NCBI RefSeq assembly: GCF_000143415.4
Contig: NW_003314507.1
Coordinates: 1-20,820, forward strand
From: Selaginella moellendorffii
Lineage: Eukaryota > Plantae > Lycopodiophyta
Reading direction: 5' to 3'
Length of the DNA stretch: 20,820 nucleotides
The notes under the pieces were generated by a model, which did no database searches, had not been told where the DNA came from, and saw nothing but the letters and a program-made list of their open reading frames with translations. The position numbers were made by a program, and so were the translations under genes. The stretch's first letter is position 1. Every line of letters begins with the position of its first letter. Positions 1 to 9,335 of this stretch are shown in pieces.

Positions 1-1732
1 TCATCGCCAAGTACGCGAAGATGTACATGTTTTTGTTCTCACTGCCAGCATTGTCTGTTTGGAGCAGAAGATGGGGTGGAAGGCCACATCGGCCGCAAGA
101 ACTTCCTTGAGATTCTGCTTCGTTTGGATGAGGCTGTGCATTCACCGGGCGACCAGCCTCGTCGGAATGGCATGAGGCCTCACGTGATAACCCTACAATC
201 TGACGGCCAACATATTCACTGGGATGGCATGGGGCCCCACGTGATACTGCAAGCCTTTGCTCCTCCTCCAGCTGAACCCTGTATGGGGTTCGATCGACAA
301 GGGCCTTATGCAAGGGTTGGCCGTTCAGCTCAGTCTGCGCACTTTGCAGAGACCTTAAGTGTTTTGCTAGGGACGCAATCATCATGTTTGCACCCCCGCC
401 ACCCCATAGAGGTACAAAGAAGTTCCCATAGTTCTGGGCACCATGCTCATGAGCGATTATGCCAAACAGAGACACAGGCAGCTGCATGGATGAAGAGATT
501 GCCTTGGGGGCAGGATTGAGTCGAGGTAAGCACGTCTTTTTCTGGTCCATTTTGTCGTGGATGATGCAGAGGTAAGAGTCAGGTCTCTCCATGGAGAGAA
601 TCCTGTTATGATAATATGCAGTCCTGCAGCTTCTCTGCTCGATGTTGTGGTCGAGCCGCCTTCTAACCAACGTCTCTTGCTCTTGAGCGATGCAAGAATT
701 CTTCGACAAAGCCATTTTGATAGCAGTGCACTCGTCACACTTTGAAAAGCTGGAGTACTTTCCTATACTCACATCCCTGAACCTGTTGCTCCACAATCTA
801 CTAAATCTAGATTGGCTCAGCTTCCTGTAGCCATTACTCTGGAGTTCCCGATTCACATCTTCCAATATGGCCCCCTTGGTATACATGGAAGGGAGAACTC
901 GTTAGGTGTCTCGAGTTCCATCTTCCAAGAGGCGGGTTTTATGTGGTTGCTGCTCGCTACATGTCTCGACAAACCTCTTGAAGATTGCCTCTCCATATAC
1001 AACATGACCCCTGGTTTTGTGAGTACCGTCGTTCCCATGGACTGCCTATTGAACCCTTTGTTCCTCGAACTCAGTTTTGATTCTGTAGAATGTGGTTCGA
1101 GGGACTCCATAAATGATTCTCCATGCCTTCATGCAGACCAAACCCCTCTGGAAGACCATGCCCCCCACCTGATGTTCTGAAGCATCAACAGATGACCGTA
1201 ATGCCTCATACACAAAATTGCGAGCTGCCTTCCAAGACAATGTCTTGTATCTTGCTCTCTCCTCTTCAATAGCATGTTGACAGCACCTCCTCTTGCAACA
1301 AGCAACTGTCGAGACCATTTGAACCTCCATCGCCATTTTCTGCCTTTTCGGTTCGTTGCTCAGATCCCTTTGGCTGCACTTTAGGAAGGTGTACTTTCTT
1401 TTCCCATGAAGAGATGTTCTGTCATTAATTGTAGTGGTGTTTGATTGTGAATCCTTCACATTCTCAAACACTAAGTGCCTCAATTTCCACCGCACAATGC
1501 TTCCAATAGTCAGACTGTTTTCTTTTGTGTCAACAACCTCTAAAATCGCAACTCCAATATCATCCCAGCCCAATTCTTGATTAGCAACCGCATCTCTTGG
1601 ATCGATAACTGTGGCTAAGCCCTCAGCTACCACCTCCCCCTCGGGGTTGTTTAGAAACACCTTTGCCTGAATCCATGTAGCACGGCTCTTAAGATCAACA
1701 GAGGGAATATGCGTCGCACTTGCGGAGGCCAT
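1..1732 (-). pseudogene. DUF7869 / Sola1-like DDE transposase with N-terminal En/Spm Tnp1-like domain; 3' end lies outside the window; two premature stops
   Basis: Manual translation gives one frame from ATG 1732 to position 1, interrupted only by TAG (1046-1048) and TAA (902-904). Motifs in order: VVAEG..DP..LG..IVRW (Tnp1/En-Spm-like), CCKRRCC, VCMKAWRIIYG, HGN, FSKCDEC, YLCIIHDKMDQKKT, GIIAHEHG, GANMMIASL, LPPHLLLQTDNAGSENKNMYIFAYL. A TTTCAG acceptor ends at 1734, just upstream of the ATG. Confidence 0.85.
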
Positions 1733-2094
1733 TCTGAAAGTGCAGAAAAGAAGTTAAGACCATACAAAAAATGATTGGAGAATGGCCTAAATCATAACAT
1801 ACCAAACAATCTCAATAGCATGAGGCCACATGCCATTATTCAAACATGCTATTGACACCCACGTGAAATTTCACATTCACAAAATTGGCATGAGGCCTCA
1901 TGCCATCTTGATATACACACAGCTGCAGGAAAGTAAAAACATACATGACAATACGCTAGCCATGAAATTGCAAGGGCCCAAGATGGCATGTGGCCTCATG
2001 CCATTTCTAAATGTGGTCCTAAGCCATTCCATGGTGAACATACCAGGAAGCACAAGTGCCGAATATCAAGAGGAAGCGGTAGCCACACCAAAGA

Positions 2095-2290
2095 TAGTGC
2101 CGCTCGCAACACCGCAACTACTCGTAGCGCCGCTCGCAACACCGCAACTGCTCGTAGCGCCGCTCGCACAAACTGCCACTTGTATAAACTGCCGCTCGCA
2201 ATGGCGCTCACAATGCCACAACCGCTCGTAGACACATAAACCACAGCTCACAACGCCGCTTACACAAGTAGCGCTCACTGCGCTCAGCAG
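2095..2290 (+). repeat. 30-bp minisatellite (~2.4 units) followed by a CGCTCRCA-like motif cluster
   Basis: The unit TAGCGCCGCTCGCAACACCGCAACTRCTCG repeats over 2095-2168. About 10 CGCTC-core motifs occur up to ~2290. Confidence 0.85.
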
Positions 2291-3017
2291 AACCAAGAAC
2301 ACGGCGCACAAAAATGATAGACCTAGGAATGAGTTCGAGAATTCAAAAATAACACACGCTTGAACGTCACATCAAATCCTCTGACAAACCAGATCTTATG
2401 ATTCCTCTGACAAATTTCAAACTGAGTAGCTTCTAGACTTTGCTGTCGGAGGTTGAACTTTGTCACATCATGTCCTTGCCTCGATCCAGCTGTGCCATGT
2501 CAGTGATTCGAACTTTGCCATGCCATGTCAGCGATCCGCGCCAAGATTATTCGCCGTGTAAAGGAATAATTTTGCTGTGTGTGTACGTCCATTTATGGCA
2601 ATATAAGGCCACATGCCATTCAAAGAATAATGCTAGTCGAGCATTTTTTGGTGCATTTTTGGGTTCAAATTTGCATGAGCCCACACGCTATAAAGTTTAC
2701 CTGTACCAAAAATAGAAACAACTTTATTTACTTGGGAATTTAAGTGGTTGAGGCATTTTTAAACTTACAAACACATGCCCTACTTACTTGCTTAAAATTC
2801 AAAAATATTATAAACCTTTCTTTTTGCATTTTCAATGTTTTCAATTATGGTTTTTGATTTTCGCAGGACCAGCCTAGTAATCTATTTGCATCCCGTCATG
2901 TTTATAGCTAGCTTTCGTTTGTCCCCTTCGCTAGCCTGAGATACATCTGCTCGGCATCTGCCTCTTACAGCATTTGCCTAGAAAGGGCATCTTTCTTCAC
3001 GCAGCATTTGCCACATG

Positions 3018-3036
3018 TTTAGGGTTTAGGGTTTAG
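3018..3036 (+). repeat. Short interstitial plant telomere-type repeat / telo-box (TTTAGGG x2.7)
   Basis: TTTAGGGTTTAGGGTTTAG. Confidence 0.8.
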
Positions 3037-3516
3037 CAATTCAGTAGCTTGATAAACATGCAAATATAGAACTTGATGCAAAATCCTTTGATATGTCACA
3101 ATGCCCCTAGGACCATAAACACATTTCAATAGAGAGGGTCCTTTCATTTCATAACTCCTTACGTAGATCTTGGTGAAACCAGAGTTAGTGAAGTTAGTTT
3201 CTTGTGATCCCGCATCTGATTGTGATGTCCCTTTGCAGTTTCGATGGAAAGGTCAATGCACACCAAACTGTGAAATCTTGGAGCAAAATAACGGTCGGAT
3301 CTATGGCAAATGCCCCTGAAACATTGTAAGGCTCGTGTGGTCTCATGTGGTGTCCGATCGAGATGCTTTTTTGCAGGGTCATCAAGAAGGACATTGTATA
3401 CCATTCTTTATTTAGCTGAACATCTGGCATTTTTGGAAATACAAGATGCTTTGGAATATCCAATCATGCATGGTATAAATATAGCGACGGTATTAAATGA
3501 TATCCCAATCATGATC

Positions 3517-3654
3517 TTTCTTTTGGATTTCGCGTGCATGCAGTCCGAGGAATGATGACGTTGCGGATTTCTTTTGGATTTCACGTGCATGCATGCGTGC
3601 GGCGATCCAGAAATTAATGGTGGCGCCCAAGTCCGAGGAATGATGACGTTGCGG
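3517..3654 (+). promoter_or_regulatory. Interleaved duplicated ~25-bp blocks upstream of the accessory gene, with TGACG cores
   Basis: TTTCTTTTGGATTTCRCGTGCATGCA occurs at 3517 and 3568. AGTCCGAGGAATGATGACGTTGCGG occurs at 3542 and 3630. The regulatory role is inferred from position only. Confidence 0.45.
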
Positions 3655-3704
3655 GATTACCAACCGTCGTGACATTTCGCGCGTGTGAGGTTAGGTTTTG
3701 CATC

Positions 3705-3850
3705 GTACTCGCGCTCGCATCGCGCTCCCACTTGCGATCACGCTCACATTCGCGCTCATCTACCTTCTCTACAGGTTTCTCGTGTGCATCGGCGTCCACT
3801 CGCGCTTGCATCACACTCGCGCTCGCATCACGCTCGCATCGCGCTCGTGT
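3705..3850 (+). repeat. CGCTCGCAT-like motif cluster
   Basis: About 8 degenerate CGCTCGCATCR units upstream of the plus-strand gene. Confidence 0.75.
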
Positions 3851-4980
3851 GCATTGGCGTCCACTTCAAGACACACCCAGTTTGTAACTTCGCCGCCAAC
3901 TCCGCCGCCCACTCCGCCACCCACACGCAGCCCACTTGGCGTCCTGGGAGATTTCAGCGCCACTCTCCAACTGTAAGTGGCAGAGTAGCCTTGCTGCTAC
4001 GATCCACTACACACACAGTGCACATTCGCCAGCGAGTCCGGCCTCGATTGTCACGCCTCCATTCGGCTTCAAATGGTAAGTCTTTTAGGCCAAGTAGAAA
4101 ATGGCATAAGGCCACATGCCATTCAGTAGCAACATTGGCATGCACCGATTGGGCTCTCGAGTGCAGTCCGGTTATAGATGGCGTGTAGCCTCACGCCATC
4201 TTAGGATGCAGCCTCAAGACATCTGATGCAGTGGTGAATGGCGTGTGGCCTCACATTATTTCCACCTGCTAGCTTTTCATCTGTCAGCTCTAATTGTTGT
4301 GCATTTCTGAACAGGCGAGGAATTGCGTTCTTCTTCCAGCCACTGTCAATATGGATGCAGAGAAGGGGGAGGAGCTCACCAGTTGGACTTTCGGGATGGA
4401 AGGCGAGGATCTGAGGCTGTACAACACAGATGGTGGGAGAAAAGAATGCATGGGGATCCTCATCCAAGTGACAGACACTCCATGCAGTTCCATGCAAGAA
4501 TATGGACTGGCACTTGTGGTAGAGATAGCGTCCGCCTTCAAGATCCACCTTGCACATCCTAGCGGCTTCCCGGAGGGGGGCAGCGGCTATGAGGAATTCC
4601 TAGAGGGAGCTAGGGAGAGGTTGTCCAGGAGGCCCACAATTTCAAAGACGCTGCGGGTCTATGAAGATCACATGGAATCCACAGACCTCACCTACGGCGA
4701 TGTTCAAAAACTATATTCCAACATTGAGCCATTGAGGGTGCCTCCAGTTTGCGAAGCGAAGGGGAAGGGGGTCGATCTGGAAACTACCCCGAAGCAGAAA
4801 AGGGTGGTCAAGCTCAAGCCGACGTCCGACTCTCCTGCTCCAAAAAAGAAGCTACTCGGTGATGCCATTGCCTCGGGTTCGAACACTACACCCACCAAAA
4901 AGAAGAGCCGCAAAGAGCAGAAAGAGCAAGAAGAGGCAGCAAAAATTGTCGCAGATAATAGTACTTGTTACTATTCCAAC

Positions 4981-5373
4981 AAAGTATATACAATCGACGT
5001 GAGCCGTATCGACATCCAAAGCAAATACAACCACAGGCTAGTATCTGATGAGTGGGTGGAGAAACTGAAACAGAAGATGCTGGCAAGTCCAGTAACACCT
5101 GACATCGCAGACGTGATCCCCTACTACCGAACAATGAAGGGCAAGACGAGGTTTCCAGACTTGATCAATAGGAAGGTGTTGGACGATCAGAACATCCGGT
5201 TCTATGCTGTCTCCAGGCAGCATTCTAGCTTGGCAATGCAAGAGATAGTTGTGGATATTATGGTGGGCGAGGAGGTGAAGAAAGTCTTCAAGACAAGAGT
5301 TGTCCGCCTGATAAAAGGCAACTCGCCCCTCCGATCTATCATATACATCTCCCACGCGCAGAATGTCAAGCAA
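4981..5373 (+). other. ParB/Sulfiredoxin-like domain (putative)
   Basis: KVYTIDVSRIDI..YNHRLVSDEWVEKLKQKM..IADVIP..IRFYAVSRQHSSLAMQEI..KTRVVRLI follows the ParB-N layout (R-helix-strand-strand-GxH-helix-strand). The expected Gly is Arg (AGG at 5215), one G>A change from GGG. Confidence 0.55.
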
Positions 5374-6219
5374 TAAACGTGCTACAAATCGGGTCTGCAT
5401 GAGACATTGGCACGAACACGGAAGCTCTAGGTTCAACTGAAGAAGCCACAAAAACTAGGACAAGGACGTGCACTAGCAACTAGCGCCTGGCAGGTAAGCC
5501 TCGTTGCATGTGGCATAGCATGTGGCCTCACGCCATTTCCATTGCAGGAATTCTCGAGTCTTCTCTCGAAAACACTGGGGGTCAATGACACACTCAGCAT
5601 CCATAACATTCTACTCGCGACAAAAGTTGTTTTTGACAAATGGGTAGATGTGCTGAGGAGGTACCATGACGGGGAGTTGCTAAACTCAATGGGTGTGGAG
5701 GACGGCTGGAAGCCCAATGATTTGAAGCTCAACGCCTTGCGTTTCTCGCGGTCTCTAGACGACGACGACCTTCTGGCAGTGGCTAATGCTCTTCTACGTG
5801 GTGAGGTAGTCTTCAACAAGACCAAAATGACTCCCGGCCATATTGTGACATACGAGGTCTTGTGCACGACTCTGAGAGCTCGTGTGCTATTGAAGGATTG
5901 GATCTTTGAGCAAGTGGCTGTGGAGAGGGTGAGCATCGACACCACGCAAGAGATGATGGAAGAGCTGGAGTTGTCAAATGAAGACATCGACGAGTACGTG
6001 AAGGGGGCCCCCAAGTTCATCGATTTGCTATGGGATGCCACGAAAAGTAAAGCTGAGAAGTTGGATTGGTATCCAAATTTCATTAAGAGGGATGTCGACC
6101 GCCGGCTTCAGAAACAGCTCGACCCCGCAGCAGAGGCCTATTGAGAACCTTACCGGGTATACGTGAATTCGGATGAGGATCAAAGGTGGAGGAGCATCGT
6201 TTCCTGCGGAGATGAGCAG

Positions 6220-6800
6220 GTCAAGAACATCTTTTGTGTGATGGACTTCACAAACGAGGAGATCACTCATGCAGACGAAGTCAGCTCCATCATTGACTTA
6301 ATGGTGGGACTTGCGGAGGTGGAATCTTCAGTCCACTATATGATCTACGACTCCGAATCCTATCACAAGTTCTGGAAGGCCTTGAACGAGGTGAAGGCTC
6401 AGTTGAAAGGCAAGGAGATGCGGGAGATCCATGGGATAATGGCTAAGAAGAAGAGACTGACGAATGTCCGCATCTTCACATTCGCCCTTGTTATTGGTCC
6501 TGCAGCAGAATGGGACTGGAGTGACTTCCCAGCTTCGTTCGACAAGGCCGATCAAATTGATCTAAGGGAGGTCAATTTACCCGTGCCTGAGGAACTGAAG
6601 ACGGCTATGGAGCTTTCGAATCCAGAGAAAGCTCCAGGTGCAGCATGGGAAATGCTCAGCTGGGTCTTCAACGCAATAGCGGGTGGGTCACCTGCTTCCG
6701 ACTCCAAGGGCAAATGCGTTGTCGAGTACAACTGCGGCGGACTATTCTTTCGAGCTGCACTACTCAAGGGTGTCCCGTGTGTTGCGGTGACAAACTCCAT
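6220..6800 (+). other. Degenerate beta-class amino-DNA-methyltransferase-like domain (putative)
   Basis: NPEKAP..MLSWVFNAIAG..GKCVVEYNCGGLFFRAALLKGVPCVAV resembles the KP..li..gd.VlDpF.GsG..aa..gR..ig end of N6_N4_Mtase. VKNIFCVMDFT sits where the DPPY strand would be. Neither canonical motif is intact. Confidence 0.4.
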
Positions 6801-8334
6801 TAAAGAGGTGACTTCAATGGAGCATATAATTACAGTTGCCAAAGAAAAACAGTATCTTCTCTGCGAACCTGGTGAGTACACACTTTAAGTTTAAATGTTA
6901 TCTCACAAGCTCTGTATGCAGGAGCGTGGCCACCCCTAGATGCTGAAACGGCGTTAACAGCTACTGTTGAAGATACCCATGTTGGGCCGAGCTCACAACC
7001 TGCACAAGGTAAGGTCACGTGAGGCCTCACGCCATTTTGATTATAGATCGTTGTGAATATTCAGACACGAGGACTGAAAAGCGCACTGGTGGCGCGTCGA
7101 AGAAGGACAAACAGACAAGCAATAGGAAAAAAGGAGGTACAAATTATATTTGCAATGGCGTGTGGTCTCATGCCATTCCTTGCAGGAGACACTTCTTCAA
7201 AGGCAAAACAGGCAAGCACCAGCCAAGCTCAAACTGACAGTGGTCATAAAAAGCGAAAGCACGTTGGACAGTCGTCGGGATCAGAGGCGTTTGATTCGAA
7301 AAGGAAGAAGGGCAACGAAAAGATGATAGGTAATGCCTCGCGGTTATGGCGTGTGTGCTCATGCCATTCATTGCAGATCAAGGGCTGAGTGAAAGCAGCC
7401 AGTCACCACCTCCTGACTCAGATTCCTATGGCGGACTCCCCTTCCCCAATCTCAATGGAGAGGTACAATGGATGAGGGATGCTTTTCAAGTCAGGGCCAC
7501 GTTTTTCTCATCTCGTCGTCTTCGAAGGGTGCAAGAACGTGCAGAAACCATGTTAAGACAGTCGGGTGAGGATACGGTCCTAGGTCACGGACTAAAAAAA
7601 AGCTATGGATGTCTTGTATTTTGAGATGGAGACTCGGCCAGATGATTTTCCCAAGATGGTCCTGGAAGAACAAGCCATCCAGCCTGAGCAGCCTATGGAA
7701 GAAATGCAGGAGGGGGATGAGGAGCCAGAGAAAGATAATGAGCAGGAAGAGCAGAAGGATGAAGAGGAGGACAAAGAAGAGGAGGACGAAGAAGAGGAGG
7801 ACGAAGAGGACTTGGATGGTCCTCACAATGGTGACGATCACAATAACGACGACGACAATGATGACGACGATGGCCAGCCTGAGGTGGCCAAAGAGCAGCG
7901 GAGGAAGGTCATACAAGACAAACTATCAGGTAAATAATAGTACATCCATTCCTAACCTTTTACCATTTCTAACATTGTCCATATAGGTCATAGAGCAAAT
8001 GGTAAGTAGAGATTATTCAGTTGAATTAAGATACAAACTCTAGCCTTTAGTGTCGAGGAAGGATAGTGCCAAGCAAGGGTCGAAACGTATGTCCAATCCT
8101 TCATAATCAGCAATGCGCCCAAGTGATATCGGTCCTAGTTCCTCGATAGCAGTTGATGGTAAATACAGTATAGTCAATTCAATGTGCTAATGAGTTTATT
8201 TTTAGTAGCCAGTAGGGAGGATACCATCTCAATCGAAGGGAGATATTTGGACATGCATATGGATCTGCCAGTGGACTCTACTTGCCTGCAAGAGTCATCA
8301 GAGCTGGTGGAGGCTACTATCCATATCAACGCCA

Positions 8335-8690
8335 AGCAAGCTGACCACGTTCCACTTGATGCTGCCCATACCACTGAGTCAATCTTGTCCACGTATCCAA
8401 CTGACGGTGACCAGGCGCCATTGGACCCGCATGAGGCCGCCCCAGCTGCCGAGCCGGTCGTATCCTCATTTCCAACGGACTCAACGTGTGCCCAATCGTC
8501 TGACTATGCGCCGTTGGAACCTCCCTATACTGCCCCTGCTGCCTGTTCGGTCATGTCCACTTTGCCAACGGAGGCACCAGTTAAAATGGCGTGTGATCAC
8601 ACGCCATCGGAACCACCCCATGCCACTGTTGAGCCAGTTGTACCAGAGTCTACAGCTGAAATGGCATGTGCCCACACGCCATCGGATGCA
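8335..8690 (+). repeat. Five degenerate in-frame coding repeats (22-31 aa) built around the right arm of the palindrome
   Basis: DHVPLD / DQAPLD / DYAPLE / DHTPSE / AHTPSD. The last two contain full palindromes at 8586 and 8661. Confidence 0.75.
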
Positions 8691-8849
8691 ATTGACCCCA
8701 CATTGCAGAGGAGAGTATTTCCGCCCTTCACGTTTCCTCGACTAAAACCCTCTCAATGACCATCGGGAGCACCATTCGCTAATATTGTAGATAGTAAAAT
8801 TGACTTGTACCATTTTTTATGCTGACGCATTTCATTTCAGAGTCACGGC

Positions 8850-9335
8850 GAAGGTACTGTATCGTTTTTGATCTGAACGGTGTCCTTTTCTCCCATGAGC
8901 GTGGCTCGTCCTCGAATGTCACTGCACCCTCCAAAGCCTGCGGTCGCAAGTTGGTCAAAAGAGACAGATTCACATTAATCACATGGGAGAAACTGCGGGA
9001 TCTAATAATGACCATGCGACACTTAAAACAGAGGGCCGGGTTTAATTTGCAATTGGGAGTTTCGACATCCATGATGCACCACAATGCATTAATGTTGCTA
9101 CAGATGATGCACGATCAGACGCGAGTAATATTACCATTTGACTTTCTCCTAACGCAGGAGGATTGCTTGACTATGGTCCATGTGAGGGGTAGCAAGCCCA
9201 TCTTCGTCAAGCTAGAGGTTGTAGTGATGAACCGGACTGCTAGGTCAAGTGAAATCCTCATCATCGATGACTCGCCGATTAAAATTGCAGCGAACACGCA
9301 CACATATGCAGTGCACCCCATCTCTTGCAGTATGG
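8850..9335 (+). other. FCP1-homology (NIF) HAD-like phosphatase domain
   Basis: CIVFDLNGVL (motif I variant), LGVSTSMMHHNA (motif II), FLLTQEDC, KPIFVK, ILIIDDSPIKIAAN..AVHP (motif IV), as in plant DLNG-type FCP1-like proteins. Confidence 0.8.

Noticed and set aside
76-1180. Plus-strand ORFs 76-519, 557-745 and 812-1180
   Set aside because: They are antisense shadows of the transposase frame.
1830-2311. ORFs with repeated APLATPQLLV peptides
   Set aside because: They are produced by the 30-bp minisatellite, are open in several frames and have no family signature.
7491-7916. Hydrophobic minus-strand ORF resembling a membrane protein
   Set aside because: It is the antisense of the GAR/GAY acidic tract.
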